In this document: positions 125,923-134,672 of the stretch, one piece after another
Position numbering within the stretch: the stretch's first letter is position 1
Layout: each line of letters starts with the position of its first letter
Assembly: GCF_000737315.1 (NCBI RefSeq)
Contig: NZ_JMCB01000005.1
Location: 20,001-268,000, forward strand
Length of the DNA: 248,000 nucleotides
Direction: 5' to 3'
From: Hyalangium minutum
Lineage (GTDB): Bacteria > Myxococcota > Myxococcia > Myxococcales > Myxococcaceae
Translations under genes and position numbers: made by a program
Notes under the pieces: generated by a model
The model's input: the letters and a program-made list of their open reading frames with translations, nothing else
Told to the model about the DNA's origin: nothing
Databases searched by the model: none

Positions 125923-127815
125923 TTATTTACGATGAGCGCGCCGGAGCTCATCGTTGGCCAACGTGGCACGGACCCGGGGCGCAGCCGCGTGGTCAGGAGC
126001 GAGCTCCAAGAACTTGCGGTAGTGCTCCGAGGCTCTGGCTTGTTGGCCCAGGGCCAAGGCTGCGTCGCCTGCCAGCAATTGGCAATGAGCGTCGTCAGGA
126101 GCTTGCTGGAGGCATTGCTGCGCGCGCGGCAGAGCCTCGTCGAACTGCCGGACCTTGAAGAGCTGCGTCCCCTCCACAAAGGCCCGCCTGGCCTCGAGGC
126201 GTCGAAGCTTCTGCCGGATCTCCAAGGCGCGCGGGTGGGTGGGCGCCAAGCGCAAGAAGCGGGTGTAGCGATCTGCGGCCTTCCGTGACAGCGAATCCGA
126301 CCGTTGTCGGGTGTAAGCCTCACCCGCGATCAGGAAGCACTCGGCCCACTGAGGATCCTGCTGGATGCACTTCTCTCCCTGGAAGGCAGCCAGCTTCACG
126401 TTGTTGCGGAGGAGGGCCTTCTCGGCGCTGGCATATGCGGCCGGGGGCTCGCTGGGGACGGGACGAGGACTCTCGGCAGCGGGGGCGCCCGGAGGGGAAG
126501 CCGAAGGTGCGGCCACGACCATGGAAGCTACCGCGACGGGAATCACGGCGGACGCTCCTCCAGAGGCAGGAGCGCGTGGCTCCTTGCGTGTCAGGCCACT
126601 TTCCCCAGCCACCCGTGGCATTGGCTGAGGCGTGGGGCTCCGTGGAGTGGCCATTGCCAGGGCCAGCGCGGCCCCTGCGACCGCCGAGCCGACTCCTACC
126701 CCCAACAACCTCATTCTGGAGGAGAGGGGACGTACCGGCTCGACCTGTGTGTCCGTGGGGGGCTCTACTGAAGGGGCGCGCTGAGGCGAAGCTGGGAGCT
126801 GGGGAGAGGTTCCTGTCCGCCACCGATCGAGCTGCTCTTGGAAGGAGGGGGGCACCAGCGGCTGCCGGCCCTCCGCCCGCAGGTCTTCCGAGAACAATGC
126901 GTGAATGAAGGAGGAGAGAGACCTCGTGGAGAGGCGGGGATCCATGCTGGCCAAGGCTTCGGTGAGGGCTTCGTCCAGGGCCATGCAGGAGGGGTAACGA
127001 TCTTCGCGCCGGAGGGTCAGCGCCCTCATCACGATGGCATCCAACTCCAGGGGGAGTTCTGGGTTGATCACGCAGGGACGAGGGAACTCGCCACGAACGA
127101 TCCGGGACAGCGCCGAGTAGGCAGGGCCCTCCACGGGAAGCCTCCCGCATAGCAGCTTGTATAGGACGACCCCCGTGGCCCACACATCCGTGCGTGCGTC
127201 CACCAGTTCCCCGCGGGCCTGCTCGGGAGAGAAATAGAGAAACTTGCCCTTCACCGTCCCTGGAGTCGTGGCGAAGTCCCGGGGCTCGCTCGACTGGGCA
127301 ATCCCAAAATCGACGATCTTGACCTGTCCCTCGTAGCTGATGAGCACGTTGTCTGGAGCGATGTCCCGGTGGACGATCTCCAGCGGCTGGCCCTGCTGAT
127401 CCAGGCGGGTATGGGCATAGTGCAAGCCCCGGCACATCTCGCTGCCGATGAGGAGCGCCAGCGGCGCTGGAATGGAGGACAGGCCGGAGCGCAGCGCTCG
127501 CTGAAGCACACGATTCAGGGGCTGGCCATCCACATACTCCATGGCCAAGAAGTACTCGCCGTCGATGCAGCCGAAGTCGTACACCTGAGCGATGTTGCTG
127601 TGCGAGAGCGACGAGGAGATCCGCGCCTCGCGGATGAACATCGTGGTGAAGTCAGGGTTGGAGGCGTGCTCGGGCAGCACCTTCTTGATGAGCACCTCGC
127701 GCGTGACTCCTGCCGCCCCTTGCAGCTGAGAGCGGTAGGTGACTGCCATGCCGCCACGGCCCAGGCATGACACCAGCTTGTAGCGACCGAAAGACTCTCC
127801 AGATTCCACGTCCAT
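125923..127815 (-). CDS. Ser/Thr protein kinase with TM and TPRs
   Basis: GRGGMA, HRDIAPDN, DFG. Confidence 0.88.
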   Translation of the reverse strand: MDVESGESFGRYKLVSCLGRGGMAVTYRSQLQGAAGVTREVLIKKVLPEHASNPDFTTMFIREARISSSLSHSNIAQVYDFGCIDGEYFLAMEYVDGQPLNRVLQRALRSGLSSIPAPLALLIGSEMCRGLHYAHTRLDQQGQPLEIVHRDIAPDNVLISYEGQVKIVDFGIAQSSEPRDFATTPGTVKGKFLYFSPEQARGELVDARTDVWATGVVLYKLLCGRLPVEGPAYSALSRIVRGEFPRPCVINPELPLELDAIVMRALTLRREDRYPSCMALDEALTEALASMDPRLSTRSLSSFIHALFSEDLRAEGRQPLVPPSFQEQLDRWRTGTSPQLPASPQRAPSVEPPTDTQVEPVRPLSSRMRLLGVGVGSAVAGAALALAMATPRSPTPQPMPRVAGESGLTRKEPRAPASGGASAVIPVAVASMVVAAPSASPPGAPAAESPRPVPSEPPAAYASAEKALLRNNVKLAAFQGEKCIQQDPQWAECFLIAGEAYTRQRSDSLSRKAADRYTRFLRLAPTHPRALEIRQKLRRLEARRAFVEGTQLFKVRQFDEALPRAQQCLQQAPDDAHCQLLAGDAALALGQQARASEHYRKFLELAPDHAAAPRVRATLANDELRRAHRK

Positions 127816-128058
127816 GCTTCAGTCATCGTACTCTTGACAGCATGTGCGTCACCGAATGGCCCTCCGGCGCTTGGCGGAGCAGCAGGAGGGCAGAGCGGCC
127901 CCTGACTGCGGATTGGCAGGAATAAAAGGAGGGACGCCGTTTTGCCCTGCCTTACCGGCTGCTTGCCCAGCCACCACTCCAGCGGCAGAGGCCAGTCCCA
128001 CCGGAAGCATTGATGGGAATGACCTCCTCCTCGCGGACGGCTTCTCTGCGGCTGAGCG

Positions 128059-128670
128059 TCATTTCAGCGAAGACAGGATCACGTCGAACTGCGTGCTCGC
128101 GAGCTCGGTGTCGGTCTTCATGTGCTGCAGCATGAGCCCGCGGGTCCTGCCCTTCTCCTTCCACGCGAAGAGCTCGATCTTGAGCTGCTCCCCCGCCAGC
128201 ACGACGTCGAACGCTTTGCCCTGGCGCTCCGCACCGGACACCGTGCGCTTCGGCGCGGGGAGCGCCTTGAGCTGTCCTCCGCGTTCCGTGAACCCCTCGC
128301 CCACCCCACTCGCCAGCGCCTCCAGGACATCCTTGGCCTCCACGGAGGCTGGATACAGCTGGATGATCGCGAGCGGAGACGCGGGGCTTTCGAGCGTGAT
128401 CGTCGTCACGCCCGCCTCGGTGGCCTCGGAGAGCTTCATCTCGCTCGGGTACTGAAAGGCGAGACCCGCCTTGTTGTACGAGATCGCCTTCTTTCTCGAG
128501 ACGATCAATTCCACCGTCTCGCCCTTCGGGGTGGTCACCTTGAGCGGCTGCTCCAGCGACATGGGGTAGGTCTTTCCGCCCACCTTCACCTCGAAGCCCG
128601 CCTCTTCCGCAAGGACGGCGGAGCTACACAGAAGTGCCACTCCGACCACGACCGCTCGACATGCGCGCAT
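128059..128670 (-). CDS. Hypothetical exported protein
   Basis: Signal peptide ending in AEE. Confidence 0.55.
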   Translation of the reverse strand: MRACRAVVVGVALLCSSAVLAEEAGFEVKVGGKTYPMSLEQPLKVTTPKGETVELIVSRKKAISYNKAGLAFQYPSEMKLSEATEAGVTTITLESPASPLAIIQLYPASVEAKDVLEALASGVGEGFTERGGQLKALPAPKRTVSGAERQGKAFDVVLAGEQLKIELFAWKEKGRTRGLMLQHMKTDTELASTQFDVILSSLK

Positions 128671-128898
128671 GTGTACTCCCCAAGAAGTGAGCGGCGACGC
128701 TATCACCATGACTGTGGGCGTGTGTGGGGTGTCGGGCCTTCGGTCCGGACGGAGCCGTGGGGCTCGCCGGTTCGTTCGACGCCAGCGTCTCGTCACTACG
128801 CGGATGCGTGGTGCGAACACGCAGCGGCGCGCAGGGAGGACGTTCTTCCATGCCGCATGCTCGCCTGTTTCCCTCGGGAACGGCTCGGCACGCCGTAC

Positions 128899-128914
128899 TG
128901 GCATGCGGGTTGCT
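128899..128914 (+). promoter_or_regulatory. Sigma54 promoter candidate
   Basis: TGGCAT-GCGGG-TTGCT. Confidence 0.6.
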
Positions 128915-128996
128915 AACCCCTCTGGCAGCAACCCACTGCTCCATTCCTGTGAATGGAGCCCACAAACGAAGTTCACCCCAGAGGAGAGACCTTCCC

Positions 128997-129263
128997 ATGT
129001 CGATGCATCGCGCAGCACTGCGGTTCCTGGCTGTGATTCTGGCGACGTCGGCCGTTGCTTGCGGTGGCGAGGCTGGTGACGTTGAGACGGACGCGACGAA
129101 CGCTTTGACTGTCCACGAGCGCGCGGCCTACACGGTGGAGCAGTATCGGAAGACCACGCAGGTTGAGGCCGCAATGAAGTGCTCCGAGGTTCCGGATCGA
129201 TGCTGCACGGACACGGGCTTCTGCTGCACGTGGGGCCACCCCGACGGGCCGATCTGTCACTGA
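128997..129263 (+). CDS. Small Cys-rich lipoprotein
   Basis: Lipobox AVAC; C-terminal CS..PDRCCTDTGFCCTW...IC. Confidence 0.6.
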   Translation: MSMHRAALRFLAVILATSAVACGGEAGDVETDATNALTVHERAAYTVEQYRKTTQVEAAMKCSEVPDRCCTDTGFCCTWGHPDGPICH

Positions 129264-129468
129264 GGCTGTTTCCACCCACCGTCGTACAGCCAGGAGCTGG
129301 GGGAGCTCTGGCAGGCAGGGCTCTCCCGGCTCCATCGGAGCACTGCGGCTGGAAATGCGTGCGAGGTGCACGTATTTTGCTGCGGGCGCGCGACTGCGAG
129401 CACTTCGGCGGGTGTCGGCGTCGGCTCGCCGACGAGTTCACCTCGCCGCTCGAGCACGGAGGACAGCC

Positions 129469-129840
129469 GTGACGATCACGCTGAACCACACCATCGTCCC
129501 CGCGAGGGACAAGAGCGCGTCGGCCACGTTCCTGGCCGAGCTCTTGGGGGTCGAGGTGTCACCCCCCGCCGGGCCCTTCGTGCCGGTGAAGATCAACGAG
129601 GACCTCACCTTCGACTTCGACGATCGCCGCGAGCCCTTACCGGGTCACTACGCATTCCTGGTCGATGACACGACGTTCGACCGGATCCTGAATCATGCCC
129701 AGACCCGGGGGCTCGCCTTCGGCTCGGGGCCCGGAGGTGGCTGGGACGGCCGCATGAACCACCTCAACGGCGGGAGAGGCGTCTACATCCAGGACCCAAA
129801 CGGGCACAGCTACGAGTTCTTCACCGTCGTGCCTTCCTGA
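129469..129840 (+). CDS. VOC/glyoxalase family protein
   Basis: LNHTIV, HYAF, GRGVY..DPNGH..E. Confidence 0.85.
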   Translation: MTITLNHTIVPARDKSASATFLAELLGVEVSPPAGPFVPVKINEDLTFDFDDRREPLPGHYAFLVDDTTFDRILNHAQTRGLAFGSGPGGGWDGRMNHLNGGRGVYIQDPNGHSYEFFTVVPS

Positions 129841-129874
129841 GGCCATCATCCAGCCCCTGTGGCTCGTACAGGGC

Positions 129875-130621
129875 TCAGCTTCCGCGCAAGAAGGCCCGGG
129901 TCATGGCAGCGTACTGGGCGGAGTCTTGTTGCATGCGCTGGAGCAGGTCCTGAGCCTTTGCTGCCTCAGGGCCTCCCATCAGGACGAGAGAGCGCAGCGC
130001 CTTCACATAACCCAAGCGGTCTCTGCGTTGCTCCGCCAGAGGCTCCCGTCGCAGTCCCAGGATGCGAAGGGTCGTCTCACCGCGAGCGTTGCCGCCTACG
130101 GCATAGGGAACCTCCTCCCGGAACGAGATGGAGGCTTCGGGATCATCCGCCGCAGGATCCAGCAACAGAGGGTCTTCCTCTGTCACGTCATTCTTGTGGC
130201 TCCGAGCTCGTTTCGCGGGAGTTCCCAGTGGGAAGAGGTTTCGTTTGAACTGCTGATTGCAGAGCGTGCAGGACACGAACAGGTTGGCCCACTCATAGGC
130301 GAGCCAGTAGTACCCGGGGCGATGAAGGGGCTCTCCTTCCTCCTGGCGCCACCCAGCCTTGGGGCGGAAGTGTTCGACGTCCCCGAAGTCGATGTGGGTG
130401 AAGCGCGATTCGCAGAAGGCGCATTTGCCGTGCTGGGCCTGGATGAGCGCCTGCTTGACGGTCTCGTGGCCGTAGAGGTCCGAGTCGGATTCGAACGACC
130501 TCGTTCCCCTCTCGTAGCTCCGAGCAGCGCGCGAGTAGGCCGTGCTGAAGGCTCGCCGGGCCTGGACCCCTTGGGTGCGAAGAATCTGAGGTGGCTCGGC
130601 AGGTTTCCGGACGCGAATCAC
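129875..130621 (-). CDS. HNH endonuclease (PtuB/TIGR02646-like)
   Basis: GKCAFCE, VEHFRPK, CTLCN. Confidence 0.78.
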   Translation of the reverse strand: MIRVRKPAEPPQILRTQGVQARRAFSTAYSRAARSYERGTRSFESDSDLYGHETVKQALIQAQHGKCAFCESRFTHIDFGDVEHFRPKAGWRQEEGEPLHRPGYYWLAYEWANLFVSCTLCNQQFKRNLFPLGTPAKRARSHKNDVTEEDPLLLDPAADDPEASISFREEVPYAVGGNARGETTLRILGLRREPLAEQRRDRLGYVKALRSLVLMGGPEAAKAQDLLQRMQQDSAQYAAMTRAFLRGS

Positions 130622-131982
130622 TTGGGCCCGTTCCTGAGACGCGCGGCGGCACGTTGGATGAGCTCAAGTGCCTCGCGCTCGGTGTGAGTCTCGCCCGTGG
130701 GCAGCGGACCGATGGCCGCCTCCAGCTCGAGCAGCCGGGCCTCATCCTCTCGGGTCAGGCGGGGCTTGGAGAGGAGGGCTGTTCGCTCCTTGAGGAACTC
130801 CTCGATTTGGGGCGGACGCGCCGTCTCGAGCCCGAACAGATCGCTCGTAAGGATCTGGTCCACCCGCCAGCCGCGAATGGACTCCACATCGTTATCGATG
130901 ACGACGTGATCTCCCTTGCGCCGCAGGACAACGATGTTCGCGTTCGTGGCACTCTGGACGACGAGCGGGCTGTGCGCGGTGACGATGAACTGCGTCTGGG
131001 GAAAGCGATCCGTGAGGTACCCAATAAGCTGGCGCTGCCACTTCGGGTGCAGGTGGAGATCGATCTCGTCAACGAGCACCACCGCGGGCTCAGCCAGGGG
131101 ATTGGGGCTGTTGGGGTAGCGCTCGAACATGCGGCTGGCGAGGTCCACCATCCAGGCGATGAGGGTCCGATACCCCAAGCTCAAGTCCCGCATGGCGACC
131201 CAGCCGTAGGGTGTTAGCACCTCCACCCGTGCGGCAGGGACTTTCGCCGTGGGAACTGCGAAGCGGACGTCACTCACCTCCGGGAGCAAGTCGATCAACA
131301 GTTGCCTGATCCGGTCCCGCTTCGTTGTAGCTGCTTGCTGGTCGGGAGAAGGCTTGCTGGCGGCATAGTCCGCTTGCAGGAGCCATTCTTCCGCGTTTCT
131401 CAGGGGCACATCTTCGAGGAAGAGGCTGTCACTCGGTTGTGTCTCTTTGAGCGCAGACAGAGATCCCGCCCCCATCCGGCGGGTGGCTCCGTACCCGTAA
131501 CACACCAGATTGAGGAACGGCTCAGAGATAGTTTGTGACGTGGAGCCGAGAACCTCTGGGGTCAAGGAATACTCAAGTCGCTGCTGATGCTTGGGAGAGC
131601 CTTCTTCAGGCACCCAATTTCCGGCGGAGAGCTCGGCGGAAAAGTGTGCGGCTTTGGCTTGATGGCGTACGGGAACCCAAGGCAAGCGACCGTAATGGAC
131701 AAATCCCTTGGTGGCGTAGTGAGGGCCCGACGAAGCTGGTTCAAAGGTCGTCAAGCTCTGCAAGAGCGTCGTCTTGCCCATGCCGTTGTTGCCGAGGATC
131801 ACCGTCCAGCGTGCTGGTTCTCCTCGCTCATTTGAGAGCTTCAGGGTCTGGCTGGGCCCGAAGCACCGGACGTCCTTGAGTGTCAATGAAAGGAAGTACA
131901 CGGGCAGGGCGGCAGGTTTCGGAGCCTTTGTGCCACGCCCCTGTTTGCCCTGGCGTGATTTTCCCTGACCTCTGGCGGCCAT
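130618..131982 (-). CDS. ABC/AAA ATPase (PtuA-like)
   Basis: GNNGMGKTT, LVDEIDLHLHPKWQ, QFIVTAHSP. Confidence 0.82.
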   Translation of the reverse strand: MAARGQGKSRQGKQGRGTKAPKPAALPVYFLSLTLKDVRCFGPSQTLKLSNERGEPARWTVILGNNGMGKTTLLQSLTTFEPASSGPHYATKGFVHYGRLPWVPVRHQAKAAHFSAELSAGNWVPEEGSPKHQQRLEYSLTPEVLGSTSQTISEPFLNLVCYGYGATRRMGAGSLSALKETQPSDSLFLEDVPLRNAEEWLLQADYAASKPSPDQQAATTKRDRIRQLLIDLLPEVSDVRFAVPTAKVPAARVEVLTPYGWVAMRDLSLGYRTLIAWMVDLASRMFERYPNSPNPLAEPAVVLVDEIDLHLHPKWQRQLIGYLTDRFPQTQFIVTAHSPLVVQSATNANIVVLRRKGDHVVIDNDVESIRGWRVDQILTSDLFGLETARPPQIEEFLKERTALLSKPRLTREDEARLLELEAAIGPLPTGETHTEREALELIQRAAARLRNGPK

Positions 131983-132319
131983 GTCGCTCCCCTGCGGCGT
132001 TTCCCATCCCGATGCTGAACTTGGGCGGTGTATCACGGATCCCTCCCTCCGGCCTGACCCGCCAGGCCTGCGCGCTGCTCACTCATGGGGTTCTGCCTCG
132101 CTGAAGTGAGTGGGACTTCGGTGGGGCGATAAGCAGCATCCAGGCCACCGCCAGAACTCCGTGACTTCGCGTGGTTACGTGGGAGTGTCAGGCCCTCGAT
132201 CGTCTCATCCGGCGGACGGTGGAGTCCGCAGCTGTGGACGGCGGGAGCGCCGCGTGTGGCTCCGCGAATTGCCAGCACTGGATTGGCAAGAGGCCTCCGC
132301 CTGGACGATCGTTGCCGTC

Positions 132320-134560
132320 ATGACTCCGAAGCCGCCCGGGTTCCTCGTCCGCCACATCCAGCAGAAGCGGTGCGTGGTCTTCGTCGGCGCGGGCCTCTCG
132401 GCGGGAGCGGGGCTGCCGACCTGGAAGGAGCTGCTTCTCCGGGGCATCCAGGAACTGGTGGGGTCTCTCCCCAAAGGCGAAGTCCACCAGCAAGAACTCT
132501 CTGACCTCGTCAAGTGGGGCAAGCTGCTGGAGGTGGCCGACTTCTGCAAGGAGAAGCTTGGCAGTGCCTACCACCAGTTCCTCAGCGAGCAGGTGCGCGG
132601 AGATCAGGTTCAGAAGCTTCCCCCCACCCATGATGTGCTGATGCGCCTGCCCTTCAGTGCGTGGGTGACGACCAACTACGACAAGCTCCTGGAGCGGGCC
132701 TACTCGCAGGTGAAGGGCGGCGGCTCCCCGAAGACGCTCACCCACAAGGACACGGAGGCGCTCGGGCGGCTGCTCTTCGACGGCGGCCCGTTCATCCTCA
132801 AGGCCCACGGGGACATCGACCGGCCCGAGACGGTGGTGCTCACCTCTCGCGACTACAGCGAGATCATCCACGCCAACCCCGCCTTCAACGAGATCTTCAG
132901 CGGACTGCTGCTCACCAAGGCGCTGCTATTCGTGGGCTACTCGCTGTCGGATCCGGACTTCCGGCTGCTGATGGACCGCCAGCTCACGCACTTCAAGGGC
133001 TTCGTCCCCGAGCGCTACGCCCTGATGACCGGGGTGGGGGAGGTGGAGCAGGACGTGCTCTGGCGCACGGCGCGCATCCGGGTCATCTCCTACGACAACG
133101 CCAGCGGGAAGCACGCGGAGGTGCTCGACTTCCTGAAGGCGCTGGAGGCCGAGGTGCTCCCGAAGCCGGCCCTGGAGCCGTTCATGGTCCCTTCGGAGTC
133201 CGCGCCGCCGCAGAGCGGCTCCTCACCCGTCCTGGAGTCCATGCCGTCCCGGCAGAGCAGCCCCGCCCCCACTCCGGCGGCGCAGTCCTGGCACGTCACT
133301 TCTCATAACGTCGCGGCGGGCTCGGGGCCGGGCAGTTCAGTGCTGGGATCCCGGGTCGCGGAGCTGTTCCTGCAGGGTGACGAAGAACCCGAAGTCAGCT
133401 CATCGGCCCCTCCCCCTCGCGGTCCTGTTCCCCAGCCCGCAGCCCACGTGCCTGCGGCAGCCCCCGCTCCCGTGGTGGTTCCTCTCACTCCCCACCGGCT
133501 CCACATCGAGCCCGTGGAGGGAAGGATCCAGCTCCGGCTGATCCGAGGAGACACAGCGCCGGTGGTGCAGGGGACCGTGCCCACCCGCCGGGGCGACGAG
133601 GCGTGGCTCTCTCTCAAGGAGGATGAGGGCGATGAAGCCACCGCTGCTCACTCCCTCGCGCTCACCCAGGGCCTGCTCCAGCGAGACATGCCGCGAGAGG
133701 TGCTCGCGGCGCTGGAGGCACAGGACGCCTCCGCCCAGGCGCCGCTCGTGCTGCACATCGATCCGGTGCTGGACCGGTTTCCCTGGGAACTGCTTCCGGC
133801 GGGATCAGAGCCCGTCAGCCTGATGCGGAGGGTGAGCCGCGCGCCCATGGGCATCCCGGCCCAGGTCCGTGGCACTCCCGCAGTCCGGTCCTCGCCGCGC
133901 ATCCTGCTCATCGAGGGGATGAGCCGTGATGGGAGCCTCCGGAGGCGCGAGCTCGAGCGCCTTCACGCGCTCTATGCGGCCGGCCCTTTCTCCTGCACGG
134001 TTCTCCAGGGCAGCGAGGCGACGTTCCGCCATGCCATGGAAGCGCTGAGAGCCGAGCAGACGGACGAACTGCCGGACCTCGTCCACTACACCGGGGAGCT
134101 CATCCTTCCCGGCTCTGGACCCTGCTTGCTGCTGCGGGATGGGCCCCTGCCGGTGGGGGCCCTGCGCTCCGTGCTCAGCCAGGGCCGACTGCCCTTCCTG
134201 GTGATGAATACCCCCTCCTCGGCGTACGAATACCTTCCGTTCCTGAAGCAAGGGCGGCGGGCGCTGCGGCTGCCCTTGCCCGGGCCAGACGCCTTCGATC
134301 AGCGCGAAGGCTTCATGGAGCTGGCCGTTCAGCAAGGCGTGGGAGCCTTCGTGGGGGCCTTCTCCTGGCCCGACGTGAGCGTGGGCGCGGACTTCATGGT
134401 CCAACTGCACCGGGCGCTCTTGATGGGGCAGCCCATCGGCGACGCCGTCCTTCAGGCCCGCAGAGAGGTCCACGCCAAGCTCCCGGATGATCCCACTCCG
134501 CTCCTGTACGTGCTCAGTGGCGACGGCGCTCTCCAGCTCGTCCGCTCTCAGCGCAAGTGA
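132320..134560 (+). CDS. SIR2-like domain fused to CHAT-like domain
   Basis: FVGAGLS, TTNYD, KAHGD, FVGYSLSD; C-terminal ELERL, VHY, GAFVG, F...LH.AL..G..IG.A...AR. Confidence 0.78.
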   Translation: MTPKPPGFLVRHIQQKRCVVFVGAGLSAGAGLPTWKELLLRGIQELVGSLPKGEVHQQELSDLVKWGKLLEVADFCKEKLGSAYHQFLSEQVRGDQVQKLPPTHDVLMRLPFSAWVTTNYDKLLERAYSQVKGGGSPKTLTHKDTEALGRLLFDGGPFILKAHGDIDRPETVVLTSRDYSEIIHANPAFNEIFSGLLLTKALLFVGYSLSDPDFRLLMDRQLTHFKGFVPERYALMTGVGEVEQDVLWRTARIRVISYDNASGKHAEVLDFLKALEAEVLPKPALEPFMVPSESAPPQSGSSPVLESMPSRQSSPAPTPAAQSWHVTSHNVAAGSGPGSSVLGSRVAELFLQGDEEPEVSSSAPPPRGPVPQPAAHVPAAAPAPVVVPLTPHRLHIEPVEGRIQLRLIRGDTAPVVQGTVPTRRGDEAWLSLKEDEGDEATAAHSLALTQGLLQRDMPREVLAALEAQDASAQAPLVLHIDPVLDRFPWELLPAGSEPVSLMRRVSRAPMGIPAQVRGTPAVRSSPRILLIEGMSRDGSLRRRELERLHALYAAGPFSCTVLQGSEATFRHAMEALRAEQTDELPDLVHYTGELILPGSGPCLLLRDGPLPVGALRSVLSQGRLPFLVMNTPSSAYEYLPFLKQGRRALRLPLPGPDAFDQREGFMELAVQQGVGAFVGAFSWPDVSVGADFMVQLHRALLMGQPIGDAVLQARREVHAKLPDDPTPLLYVLSGDGALQLVRSQRK

Positions 134561-134672
134561 AGGCCGGTTGACGCGGTGCAAAATCCAACCCCACGGGCCG
134601 CCGTGAAAATCGCCCTCTCAGGACCTGAGAACCCCACGAGAAGCCCGAGGCTCGTGTAATCTCCGCCCACCG

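Noticed and set aside
129875-132320. Retron associated with the ATPase-HNH pair
   Set aside because: No reverse transcriptase ORF or recognisable msr-msd in the neighbourhood
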